Shown here one piece after another: positions 46,216-58,091 of a stretch of 64,000 bases of DNA. The notes under the pieces are model-generated. The model was given only the letters and a program-made list of their open reading frames with translations. It searched no databases and was not told where the DNA came from. Position 1 is the first letter of the stretch. Each line of letters begins with the position of its first letter. The DNA comes from Balanoglossus misakiensis (Eukaryota; Animalia; Hemichordata), in NCBI GenBank assembly GCA_040954595.2, contig CM082576.2, positions 18,027,028 through 18,091,027 on the forward strand, written 5' to 3'. The position numbers were made by a program, and so were the translations under genes.

Positions 46216-48623
46216 ATGACCCTTCCATATACGTATTGGTGGAAACGCTCACAAGAGAATACAATCGCAAGCATCTCTTTTTCGATTTGTGCATAATTCT
46301 TCTCCGCCAGAGTTAAAGAGCGTGATGCATATGCTACGGGATGGTCACCTTGGAACAGGCACGATCCGAGGCCACTCTGGGATGCATCTGTCTGTATGCG
46401 TACAGGCTTGTTGACGTCAAAGAACTTCAACACCGGTCCACTGGTCAGGCATTCTTTGATCCGATCCAGTGCATGGTCTTGTTCATGTCCCCACATCCAC
46501 AAGACCTTGCCGGAGAGTAGCTCACGAAGTGGTGCCGTTATCTCAGACATGTTTGGAATAAACTGAGATAAATAGTTGACCATTCCAAGCAGGCGTCTCA
46601 GGTCTTCCTTGCATTCAGGCTTTGGCAACTCCATTATTGCTCTCACCTTGTCGCTGTCCGGTTTCAACCCATCAGCTGTCACAAGGTTTCCTACGTATTT
46701 CACTTCGTTTACATGTAGCTTGATTTTGTCCTTGTTTAACTTGACGTTGTTTTCTCTGGCTCTGTCCATCACTCTTCTAAGTGTTTTGTCTGCGTCTGTT
46801 TTGTCTTCGCCTGCAATTATTAAATCATCGACGATTACTTGAACTCCACTGATGTCATTGAACACCTGTTCATTTCGTTTCTGAAATACTTCACTGGCTG
46901 AACATATCCCAAATGGGAGCCGCTTGAAACGGTACCGGCCGAATGGTGTGTTGAAAGTGCATAGGTATGAGCTCTCTTCGTCAAGCTTGATGTGCCAGTA
47001 ACCATCTTTCATGTCAACAATGGAGAAAACTTTCATCCCATTGAGCTTGGCTGAAATGTCCTCTGGGGTGAGGATGGGGTATTGCTCTCTCTTTATCGCC
47101 TTGTTGAGATCTTTCGGGTCCAAACACACTCTCAGAGATCCATCTTTCTTTTCGATGATCACCAGGCTGTTGACCCAATCCGTTGGTTTGTCAACTTTGG
47201 CTATCACGCCACTGTCTTCCATTGATTTCAACTTCTTTTGCAGCCTGCTTCGTATGCTGAACGGGACCTTTCTGACCGGGTGGACTACTGGTTTTATTTC
47301 ATCATTTAGTTCAATGTGATATTCCCCTGGTAGTTCTCCTAAGCCGGTGAAAAGATCGCCATAGCTCTCCAACAGTGACTCTTTTGTGAGGTATTTGTTG
47401 TCACTCACTGTATCGATTCGTTGTATGAGGTTTAGCTTCAAACATGACTTCAGACCCAATAATGGTGGTGAACTTACATCAGCAATGTAAAAATCCAGCA
47501 TTTCTGTGTGGTCTTTTACGGTGCACTTTAGCGTTGCCATTCCATGGGGTACCACTTTCGCATCTCCATTAACAGATAGCACAGTTGTAGTTGGCACTAG
47601 CTTTGGTTTCATTTTGTCTGGAATCTGCCTGTATGTTTTCAGTGGGAGGACATTCGCACTGGCTCCAGAGTCCAGCTTTACTTTTACCTTCAATCCGCTC
47701 AGCATCAGTGTAGCATACCATGCGACATCACTGTGACGAGCTTGGAAATCATGCACCTCAACCGTTGTCAGCTCTCCCACAAACAATTGGTCCGAGTCGT
47801 TGTCATCATTATCAGAGTGCTCTTCTACTGTGTGTACTCGATCACGTGGCTTGTTTTTGCAAACGTTTGCGAAATGACCGGTCTCATTACACTTGTAGCA
47901 TTCCTTGCCAAAGGCTGGGCATGAGCGGGGTCCATGCACTGCTCCACATCTCTTGCATTTGAATGTTCTGCCCCTGTCTTTGTTTTGAGACTCAGCGACC
48001 TTTTTGGCGGGCTTCCATGGCTTCCTGTTTTGAACAACATGGACTGTTTGTTCTTTTGCCGCCATCGCTTGAATCTGAGATTTGCTAGTTTCTGCAGCAC
48101 GACACATATCGATGGCCTTCGACAATGTTGTTGGTGCCTCTCTCAGCAATCTCTCTCTCAGTTGTACGTCTCGGATGCCTAGTACAATACGATCTAGAAT
48201 GTTCAAATCTTCCTGATTACCTTTGTTGAATTCGCACGTTCTCGCTCTTTTCCTCAGCTCCGTGACGAATTGATCAATGGACTCGCCCTCGCTCTGGACA
48301 CAGTCCCAAAATCTGTATCGCTCAAACAGCGTGTTTTTCCGCGGGTTGCAATGAGCCTTAAACTTCGCAATATTAGCCTCGAAACTGTCTTTGTCCGTCT
48401 CTGGTTCGAACTTGAACGTGTCGTACAATTCGACAGCGTCGTCACCCACGCAGTGAAGAAGTAACGCAATTTTCGTACCTTCATCAGCAGTTGCTTCTGC
48501 CCCCGAGGCTCTTAGGTAGATGAGAAATTTCCGTTCAAATCTACGCCAATTCTCGGACAAATTTCCTTCCAGGGACAGGTGTTCTGGCTCCTTGAGCTGT
48601 AACATCTGTTGTGCGGCCGCCAT
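46191..48623 (-). CDS. Single-ORF Gag-Pol (Gag with two zinc knuckles, PR, RT, partial RNase H), truncated by a deletion
   Basis: LEGNLSENW, CKRCGAVH..CPAFGKECYKCNETGHFANVC, LDSGASAN, LRVCLDPKDLN, RLPFGI, IVDD, TDASQSGLG. Similarity breaks after FHQYVYGR. Confidence 0.92.
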   Translation of the reverse strand: MAAAQQMLQLKEPEHLSLEGNLSENWRRFERKFLIYLRASGAEATADEGTKIALLLHCVGDDAVELYDTFKFEPETDKDSFEANIAKFKAHCNPRKNTLFERYRFWDCVQSEGESIDQFVTELRKRARTCEFNKGNQEDLNILDRIVLGIRDVQLRERLLREAPTTLSKAIDMCRAAETSKSQIQAMAAKEQTVHVVQNRKPWKPAKKVAESQNKDRGRTFKCKRCGAVHGPRSCPAFGKECYKCNETGHFANVCKNKPRDRVHTVEEHSDNDDNDSDQLFVGELTTVEVHDFQARHSDVAWYATLMLSGLKVKVKLDSGASANVLPLKTYRQIPDKMKPKLVPTTTVLSVNGDAKVVPHGMATLKCTVKDHTEMLDFYIADVSSPPLLGLKSCLKLNLIQRIDTVSDNKYLTKESLLESYGDLFTGLGELPGEYHIELNDEIKPVVHPVRKVPFSIRSRLQKKLKSMEDSGVIAKVDKPTDWVNSLVIIEKKDGSLRVCLDPKDLNKAIKREQYPILTPEDISAKLNGMKVFSIVDMKDGYWHIKLDEESSYLCTFNTPFGRYRFKRLPFGICSASEVFQKRNEQVFNDISGVQVIVDDLIIAGEDKTDADKTLRRVMDRARENNVKLNKDKIKLHVNEVKYVGNLVTADGLKPDSDKVRAIMELPKPECKEDLRRLLGMVNYLSQFIPNMSEITAPLRELLSGKVLWMWGHEQDHALDRIKECLTSGPVLKFFDVNKPVRIQTDASQSGLGSCLFQGDHPVAYASRSLTLAEKNYAQIEKEMLAIVFSCERFHQYVYGRVIVDTSPCS

Positions 48624-50009
48624 CGTGACGAAATTGTAGAGGCTCGTGTGGGTGTTTTTTTTTTTATGGCGATCCCACTTCTGCCACCATGTGATGTTTA
48701 TTGACAAACTCTAACACTGAAGAATACTCGGAAAGTACAGACCATAATATGTGTACTACAATATCGAAGGGCATGATGGGTAATGCATACGTCATTGTTT
48801 AGGCAATATATATCACAGAACCTGAACGCCCTCAGTGTGTTAAGCAGATACTTGTGATCAACACGATCAAAGGCTTTCATCTGATCAAATTTCAGAATGG
48901 CACCTGGACAGTTACTGGATTCAACATGATGAATGAGATCTCTCATACAGAAAACATTGTCCACAATGTCACGACCTGGGACACAGCAAGTTTGATCCGG
49001 GCTGACAATTGAGGGCATAATTCTATCGAGCCTTATGGCGAGTGTTTTAGCAATAATTTTGTAATCACAGTTGAGGAGGGTTATAGGGCGCCAATTTTTA
49101 ATGTAACGGGGGTCACTGTCTGCTTTAGGGATTAAAGTAATAAGCCCAGTTTTCCACTCATCGGGGAGAATGTTATTGGAGAAAATACAGTTGAAAATGT
49201 CAAGCAAATCATCTTTGATATCTTCCCAAAAGTGAAGATAAAACTCGTACGGTAAACCATCAGCGCCTGGGCTTTTATTATGAATACATTTAGAGAGGGC
49301 AAAAGTCACCTCTTCTACCGAAAACTCTGAATCGGCGGCAGCGCACTCCTCATCAGAAACAGTATTTGTGATGTAACCAAGGGAAGTATTTTGAAGTGCA
49401 AGATCACAAGGCTCATTGTTATAAAGCTTAGAGTAAAATGTATGAGCTTCTGAGATTATATCAGTAATGTCAGCGAGAATTTCATTGTTGTCAGTAATTA
49501 CTGATTTGATGCATTTTCTTTCCTGCTTAGACTTTTCTGGGTCGGCAATTCAATACTATTGACATGACTATGAGTGGGCCACAGCAGAAACTAGAAGAAA
49601 CTAAACAGTACCTCCCCATGTGGTTGTCTAGGAAACGGTCTAATAAAAGAGAATAGTTATACTCACTGTTTAGCCCATTATAATCTGTGTACACTCAATT
49701 TTACCACAATCCATCATCACATTTGTTAATTGTTTATTAAAACCTTCCAAATATGTTGCCCATTATTATACCATTTACATTTGTAAACCAATCATCATAC
49801 CCTTCATACAAGCAATTGCTGATTGCTGTTAACCCTTGTGTACACAAGCCATCAACACGAAATAGACATGAATTTCACATAACACAGTTTGTCAGTGCTG
49901 AAAATGAAGTTATCATGACCATTACCTATGCTAATTAAAAGTGTACGTGGCAACTTGACCTTAGCAGGCGCTGCCTTATTATGCTCACTGTCAGAGTATA
50001 AATAAATGT

Positions 50010-51117
50010 ACAGACGCAAATTAGACAACAGTCCCTTATCGGTAAACTGGCCTTTCTGGCAGGTTGCGTCAGGCCAGGCATGTCTTTATCTCACGGTTAT
50101 TAGACAAGTTGCGCACGCTGCGACGTCAACATCATCGTTTCCATATCAATGCCGAGTTCAAAAAAGATATTCTGTGGTGGACCTCATACCTAGAGCATTT
50201 CAATGGTATATCAATGTTACCCACTGGGGATTGGGGGTTCCCAGACCAATTTCTCACCACAGATGCATGCTTACTAGGGGCCGGTGGCACCTTTCTGGAT
50301 GAGTATTTCCATTGCCAATTTCCCCAAACCATTCGTGAAAAAGAATACCACATCAGCATTCTAGAATTCTTGACTGTAATGGTTGCATGTAAACTGTGGG
50401 CCACTCAACTAATGGGCAGACAATTTATCATTCAGTGTGATAACGAAGCCACTGTTCACGTCCTTAACTCCGGTCGTACTAGAGATGTTGAAATGCGCAA
50501 GGGAAATATGGTTCGTTGCTTCCCAATATCAGTTTCAAATCAAGGCAGTACATGTCAGCGGCCCTTCTAATCGTATTGCAGACATCAGACATACTCAGCC
50601 GTTGGGACACCGATGATCGTAGCCATGTCAAATTCATAGAATTGACAGGGGCTAAACAATTGACAGAAAAGTACGTCGACAGCACATTATTCAATTTCAC
50701 TCATGACTGGTATTTTCTCCATTTTTCACAGGAGCAGAAGCCTTCAACAAAGGATTAAGAATATTCCACCGAAAGTGGACCTCTACCATTTCTGCTGCTT
50801 ATGCACATGGGACAATTTCAAATTTTCACTCGCAGTGGAAGACTTACTTCCTGTTTTGCATTTTCATTGGTTTGAAGCCAGTTCCTGCCTCCACAACCAG
50901 TTTAGCTTTGTTCGTTCAGTGTTTATCGGCAACAATTAGAAATGTTGGTACCTTGAAAATCTACCTTAATGCAGTTCGCCTGCTACATGAGTTGAATGGT
51001 TTTGACGGGCAAGTGGTTCACCATCTGTCTTTATGTTTAACTTTGCAGGGCATCGCACACACCTACCATCAAGTTCCCAAACGCAAATTAGCCATCACGC
51101 TTTCTATTTTGCCGTGA
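50010..51117 (+). pseudogene. DIRS/Ngaro-like tyrosine-recombinase retrotransposon fragment (RT-RNase H end plus YR N-terminus), degraded
   Basis: SLIGKLAF..CVRPG, DILWW...FNG, TDAC..GAG, ISILEF, QCDNEATV..LNSG, HVSGPSNRIAD; then WKTYFLFC...TLKIYLNAVRLLH...LTLQGI...KLAIT. Several frameshifts. Confidence 0.8.
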
Positions 51118-51483
51118 TTTTAAAGACTGGTGTTTTCGTCTGTACAATCCATTCTTGTACAATATTCTCTTTAAATTTCACAAGCTCAGAATAAAATCGT
51201 GATATTTGTTTTCAAAGCCAACATTACACAATAGTTGAAACCCATGTTGAAATATAAAGGAACTATTACCCACTATTCAAAACATAGTGATGAAATGCTC
51301 GAGACTCAGATCTGGAAAGCCTTTAGTCTGAAATTTAGCAGTGACTTTCTGGTGACATTGAATGTGATGTACATAATAATTAAACTTTCTGGCCACGTAA
51401 CCTCCCGCGTTGATCAGTTAAGCTTTTGACTCCTTAGGTTCATTGCAATAAGATGCGATATAATTTCGTGACCACGAGATAAT

Positions 51484-51796
51484 TATCTCGTGCGCACGAC
51501 TTAGTATCTCGTGCTCACGACTTAGTATCTCGTGCGCACGACTTAGTATCTCGGGCTCACGACTTAGTATCTCGTGCTCACGACTTAGCATCTCGTGCGC
51601 ACGACTTAGTATCTCGCGCTCACGACTTAGTATCTTGCTCTCACGACTTAGTATCTCGTGCGCACGACTTAGTATCTCGTGCTCACGACTTAGTATCTCG
51701 TGCGCACGACTTAGTATCTCGCGCTCACGACTTAGTATCTCGTGCTCACGACTTAGCATCTCGTGCCCACGACTTAGTATCTCGTGCTCACGAGAT
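51484..51796. repeat. 21-bp minisatellite (~15 units; tatctcgtgc(g/t)cacgacttag) with an internal palindrome
   Basis: Direct tandem repetition; it generates the spurious REHEILS ORFs. Confidence 0.95.
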
Positions 51797-53963
51797 AAAA
51801 AAAAAATTTTGCTTTACGAAATGTCCCTAACGGGCTTTCATACATATCACATAAGTCATTTATATTTTCATTTTCTATGGTGTTGATTTGAAACCCAGTC
51901 AGTATCTCATATTCTGTTCCACATAGAAACAAACTTTCAGCCTCATTTACCATAAAGCTCCTACCCTAGGAGATAGGTGCCGTTAATCAGAATTTTTGGT
52001 AAGGAAGGTTTGAGAAGTCAATTATATGTAAAAAAAAATGGTGCTGATTCCATAAAAGTCAGTCTTATTGACCCCACTCAAGACAAAATTGCCATTTTGG
52101 CCATTTTTAACCCAAAAGGGTCATTTTTAGAAAAAATAAAAAAAAACAATGTTTTCGTCACATTCTGAGATCTGATGACCTATTATATGTTTATTATTAT
52201 GTAAAATTTGGTGAATAATACGAAAAAAGCAGTCAGATTGACCCAAAACAACACAAAATTGCCTTTTGGACCATTTTTGACCAAAAAACGTCATTTTTAG
52301 AAAAAATAAAAAACACATGGTTTTCTTCATAATGATTTATCTGGTGATATAGGGAAAGTCAATGAAGTCAATTAGGTCAATATATATCTAAATCTTGAAA
52401 ATCAGCTGAAACGTATTCTGGCGAATTGGTTACACGATTAACACCTGTTAAATAAACTGAGATGTTACCTTACTATTTTTTTACTCCATTAGCTTTAACT
52501 TGGACCTACTTTTTCAGTATATGCTTGAATTTGGAATCATTTTGCATTCTCTTTTGTATATATTCACAGTGCTACAACATATTTTGTATGCTAGAACCTT
52601 AATATATATGTCGGAGTATGATAGGCTGTCAAACATTCATTGTGCGGCCATATTGGATTTATGCAAAATATAAAGTGCAAATGCAAATATTTTTTTCAAA
52701 ATTGTTCCAAATGTCATAGAGGTAGATTTGAATAAAACATACTAAAATTGCTTGTGTATTACCCGTTAACTGCCCAAATATGTTTTTTTAAGAATACTGT
52801 TCACCATATTGAATTTATGCAAATTATGAAAACTGCCCATGTCAAATATTATTCCAAAATGTTTCTTCATGAACATGACATATTTTTAAACTTTAAAATC
52901 ATGGAAAAAATCATGTTTATTTTTTTGATATTTGGCCCAAAAAATGTCAATATTACATTTATGCAAATTAGACATATTTCCACAAGGTGGATTTGGGTGC
53001 ATTTTTGATATGTTGTTCTAGACACCTCTCCGAAATATATTCTGAAGACAAAATTCTGTTGCAATTTGTGGTGGGTTAGGTGCCCAAATCTCGTACATAG
53101 ACTAGACTATAAGTGCATAGCCTTGCAGGTCTTGCTTTTTACAGCAGATTGTTGATACATTGGACATGGCCTGAGTAACATCACCATAAAAGTGTTTGTG
53201 TTGAGTGGGGTCACACTGAGTTTCGGGTGCCTGTTGCATTTGATAATCAGTACCAGCACTGAAAGACTCATATAATGCCATCTTATTACATGCCTTGATT
53301 TTGCACAAATTATTGCACTACATTAAAAAACATCCCACATATTTCTTCAGATTTAAGAATTAATTTTGTCTGCTACTATTTCATCCATGTGCCCGAGCAA
53401 TCTCAATCCAAATTCAGTTCTGTTTTATTTATTTTTTTCATCGATCATTGTACGAACTGACAAAACTTCTGCAAAATTACTTACTATAAGATATACCTGT
53501 TTAATAACAAGATGGTGAAAAAAAGAATCCTTTAGCTTTTAAGATTTTTTTCATTAGTAAAATCTTTGCAAACTTATAAGGTTGACAATCTCTTGACATA
53601 AAAATAAAGTAAAAAGAAAACTTTCGCCAAAACACACAGCATGACTGAACTATTGAGTAAATGTAGTATAACATGTCATTAATTAAATTAACTTTATTTA
53701 ATTGTAATTGTATTTAATTTTCCTTACGTGTACTTTATTTTGAGTTTGGCAGCTAGTGGAAAATATATAATTTGGATACTGTTGATCGTAAAACTCATCC
53801 AAATTGACCTTACTGCCTGATGGAGTACATGGTGTACTTTTTGAAATATCTGTAATGGGAGCTATCAGTCAATCAATCAATCGAAAACATTTATATGGCG
53901 CCAATATCCAGAGTACGGTTCAGTGGCGCCCGATGGTTGTTCACACACTGTAGGCTTTTTTAA

Positions 53964-54375
53964 GGATGTACGTTCAGTAAAATTGAAAGTATTGTCATTT
54001 TTTTAATTGTGGATTTTTTTATTCTCCTTTGTTTGTATAATGAAAATCCGTAATAAAATATAGGGGTCACCGCGCTTGTTTTTGAAATACAGAGCCATGA
54101 ATTTGGTCGATAATAGAAGAAATCTGCTGACTCAGCAATTTTCACCAATGGTTTGTCTATGGGCAATTTTTTTAACGCAATTTATCTCAAAATAGAGCGC
54201 GGTGACCCCTATATTTTATTTGACCAATGAATTTATATTTGCTGGACTGAGCTATGTGTAAGATTTCGTGAAAATGACAATAGTAGAAGTTTGTTTTCTG
54301 GCGATTATCAATGTAATCCTATGGGAAAAAGACCGGGCGCGCAGTGTTTCCGGTTTATGTTCTGCGCGTACATCC
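53964..54375. mobile_element. Kolobok-like non-autonomous element
   Basis: TTAA|GGATGTACG...CGTACATCC|TTAA, with an internal inverted repeat aaaatataggggtcaccgcgc / gcgcggtgacccctatatttt. Confidence 0.7.
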
Positions 54376-56721
54376 TTAAACAAGTAAGTCTGCAGTTTCC
54401 CCTTAAAAGCATCTAGATAGGGAGCTAGAGGCATATGCCTGCTTGGTTCGCTTCGGTTAATGTATTTTCGACGGACATAAGTGCAGATTTCTGCAGCACA
54501 AAATAATAAGTCTAGTACTTCTCTGATTGGGTGGTATCTTCACAGAGGACGTTGGTGTGGAAGGACGGGTCCAGCAGAAGGTTTTCTTCAAGCAGCTCCA
54601 TGCCTGACTTCTTTTGCTCCAATGCACAGACGATGATACTGACAAGATTTTTGAGTGACCTTATATTATGAAGAAAAGCAATCAGTTATATCGGTACGTT
54701 AAGAGATTGTAACCGGGGCGTTTGTTCAGATTCAGTATTTTGTTCATGAAATGAGTGGAAACACTTTGATCAGAATCACTCTCCACTCAGTATGCTTAGG
54801 ACCTGAGTTAAGAATAACATTGACATTGACCGAGATATTTTCGTGAATAGCCTTACTCATATTGATGGTTGCATTAATTACTTTTGCATCTTATTTTAAG
54901 TTATGTGTTCTCATCCGAGGAAGTTTGCAGTTCTGTAAATTCGTCTTCAGACTCAACTGCTTCACATTTTTAATCTGAGAGGAATGTTCTTCATCACTAT
55001 CCGAATCAACATCGTCTATTGAGCGCCTGGCTATGAAACCATCGCCACATCTGCATAAATAGTTAAATCTCCAGGCAAAACAGCTGTCTCATTAACATCC
55101 GTCGTGTTTACTCTGACATTCATGATAAACATGCAGCACTATAGACATTTGTGTTGCAAGATTTGAATGAAATTCATCTCCGCATGTGAAGGAAGGACAG
55201 ACCGAAATTTGTACGCCCCACTGGAACATGGCCATGGGGACAAACAAAACTATTGCAATTACCTCACAACCATCAACTGCTGCCATGGGCGGTATTTCGA
55301 ATTCCGTTCCAGGAAAAAACAACAACAACACAGGTTTGAAGTCATAGCGAACTAAAGTATATACGTTTATTAAACTAACACTAATTTTAATCAAATAATT
55401 CCGATCATATCCATCCATATTCCAAATATATTCAATCAATTGTCACATTTATGTGGCACATTGTACAGACAAACACAACACAATACAGCACAGGTATTAC
55501 AGTTAGTCCAAAAAGATATCCTCCAGTAGTTGAATGTACGCATGTGCACATAATAACTACCTAGATCTATAGTGAATATGTCCTCAAGACATTGGAAACC
55601 TGCGATAATTAATACACCTGTGCCACATTTGTTCAAAAATAAATGTAGTTACAATTCAATTCAAATACGGTTTAAATGCAGACTTTATTTATTTAGCTTA
55701 ATCTTAATTATTAAATGTAATAAAGCGACAGTGTTGCGCTTACTGTAAGAAAAACCTAACTAGCAATCATAAATAATATTTTGCATTTGGTCATTGAGTC
55801 AATAACATGGATAAAGCTCAAAGCCAGAACAGTATTCTATGTGTCATTTTGCAACTTCGGAGCAGGGTCTAGGTTTCTTACAAAACGCGAAATCCCGAGG
55901 ACCAACACAATATGCACAGCCAGATATGCAGCGATAAAGCATAGGACTAGAACCATGAAAGTGTTGCCATTGTTACCAAGTTCGTCACCTGTCAAGAAAA
56001 AATATTGATAGCAAAAAAGCTTAAAGTGCAGAATATGAGGCCTTGGGCTATAGGCGTGGGCAGGATTCATTCGGGTTACTTGTGACGTGGGCAGGATCCA
56101 TTCAGGTTACTTATGAAATACAGTATTATATATTTCAGGCCCTCCATAGACATTATGTGTAGAGCATCCAAACCCCAAGTAAAGCACGTGTTAAACACAT
56201 AGTGTGACATCCAGCCTACTAAGTACAGCCGAAAATGCTTTATAGTGGAGCATAGTTCTGTATAGTTTTACGTCTGATTCTTTCAAGCGTGACATCCAAT
56301 ATACACATTTTCGCCACTAGGGGCGCCCCGCGTCCGCCATTGCCGTTTGGAAAGTTGTCGCAGGTAAGCGATTTTCTTCTCTTTATACCTAGTCGGAAAC
56401 CTTTTCGCATTTAAGACTATGATCAACGAACAACTATTATAACAAAGCGCCACCGTGTAAAGTTTCGATACACTAGTTGCGGTAGTTTTTTCAGAGATCT
56501 TCGCCAAAATTTGATTTACAGTGTGCATGTGGTATACTTTCCTATACTGTACACAGTAAGTAAACACTGGAACGCAGTCGTACCTCGTATTACATTTCCG
56601 TTTGTACACTCGCACGGTGCATTTCTAAATCACTTCGACAAAATTTGGAAACCGTGTGAATTCCTACATGCATTGGCCGGTGTCCATAAGTGCTCGGCGT
56701 GATCCGTTATGTGGATTTCAT

Positions 56722-56842
56722 CACAGGTGCTCGTGGACGTGTGCTGTCACAGGGGAGAGCGAATGGGAGCGAAGGAAATCGCTCCTAGCAGATCCCCCCA
56801 TTCGCTCTCCCCTGTGACAGCACAAGTCCACGAGCACCTGTG
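56722..56842. mobile_element. 121-bp hairpin MITE
   Basis: CACAGGTGCTCGTGGAC...GTCCACGAGCACCTGTG; flanks GATTTCAT / GATTTGAT (8-bp TSD with 1 mismatch). Confidence 0.75.
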
Positions 56843-57007
56843 GATTTGATAGTGAGGCAACAGTGTGTTCCTTGACGTCCTGTTATTTACAAATTACACA
56901 ACGTCGAAGAACGTAAATTTGGTACACAGTTACCCATTCCACATCATGCCTGTGATGAGTACCATATGATAGTAAGTGATGCTTTATGTTTTTTCTTTCT
57001 TTTCCAG

Positions 57008-57559
57008 GCAAGCCATTCTGTGGATAGTGGCAGAGCAGCCAATCCCTGAACTATGCAAAAAGTCTGCAATGTGTGCCAAAAGACATTTAAGACTTGTACT
57101 GGACTATGCAAACATTTCAGAGTACATACAAATACCTTCCCATACTGGTGTTCTTTTTGTGGTAAAGGTTTTCATGAGAGGGTGAGGCTTGATGAACATA
57201 AATCTTCACATACAAAGAGAGGTTTTGTGCGCCGCAAGTTTGTGGATTTTCTGCTAATCTTATCTTGGTATGAAATGGCATGAAGCTAAACACTAAGATG
57301 AAATTCACCTATGTCATATTTGTGGGGGAAAAAATATCCTTCGAAGTTGGGCATGCAACAGCATCACAGATCATTCCATATTGCCAAATTTACATGCAAT
57401 AAATATGGAAAGACCTTTGGTGTTAAGAGTGTGTACAAGACTAAGTCTCACCTGCTTGTCCACTCTAATGATAGCTCTCATTTGTACATGCAAGTACAAG
57501 TACATTTAAGATGCTCAGTTCTGTATCAGCTGCCTTGTGTTACCATGACAAAGTATTGA
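57008..57559 (+). pseudogene. Degraded C2H2 zinc-finger array exon inside the long-TIR element
   Basis: CNVCQKTFKTCTGLCKHFRVH, CSFCGKGFHERVRLDEHKSSH and further broken fingers. Splice acceptor ttttccag at ~57007. Confidence 0.75.
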
Positions 57560-57962
57560 TGGGTCTTTCATCTTTATAGGGATATTGTAAACTGGCTTTT
57601 GTAGGCTTCAGCCTAATAGCTCTGACTTGGGATTCATTCAGCATAGTAATCAATAAACACCATTTGGACTTGTTTTTATTCATATTTTTATTGCATAAGG
57701 ATGTTTATAATCATGACGCAGTAGTCATTAAAGTTTTGTGTTTATCAAAATCTGCTTTGTTCTTCTTTCATGATTGTCATGTTTTTATTATAAAGCTGCT
57801 TTCGGAAGCATAAGAAAAGTGTTTTGCCAATGGTAAAGTGAAATTACATAAAAGCCCAAGAATCAGCCACTTTTGGTGATTTTTTTCAGTATTTGTGTTT
57901 ATTTTTTGTGTCAATTACAAATTCTCATTTGGTTCCTGATAGCATGTTCAAATTAAGCAATG

Positions 57963-58091
57963 AAACACCCCCAGCCATGGTATACCACGAGATTTTGACC
58001 AGTAAATGACATATATGCACGAGCAATAGGGAGTGCGTATATGGAGTTGAACTGGTCAAAATCGAGTGGTATACCATGGCCGGGGGTGTTT
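57963..58091. repeat. Palindromic MITE-like element
   Basis: aaacacccccagccatggtataccac.gattttgaccagt ... actggtcaaaatcgagtggtataccatggccgggggtgtttt. Confidence 0.7.

Larger units (their letters stand above)
44829..48817 (-). mobile_element. Mag-type Gypsy LTR retrotransposon, 3989 bp, internally deleted
   Basis: 128-bp LTRs at 44829-44956 and 48690-48817, identical by eye. 5-bp TSD GAACC. PBS TGGTGGCAGAAGTGGGATC (tRNA-Leu-like). PPT AAAAAAAAAGGGGAGA. Confidence 0.96.
42411..49538 (-). mobile_element. 5'-truncated L1/Tx1-like non-LTR retrotransposon (ORF2 RT plus C-terminal zinc region), split by a Gypsy insertion
   Basis: KSPGADGLPYEFY, NWRPITLLNCDYKI, DQMKAFDRVDH (48823-49309); SVRQGCPLS, YQHADDTT, GGLKV (43300-44823); CDFC region after a frameshift. 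Minus-strand AATAAA and a short A tail at 42411-42428. Confidence 0.92.

Noticed and set aside
51418-51886. REHEILS-repeat proteins
   Set aside because: These are translations of the 21-bp minisatellite.
51960-53110. AT-rich segment with internal repeats as a defined transposon
   Set aside because: It looks repeat-derived, but I could not fix termini or a TSD.
54457-55330. Possible minus-strand exon fragments
   Set aside because: Some splice-like signals, but no consistent frame or recognisable domain.
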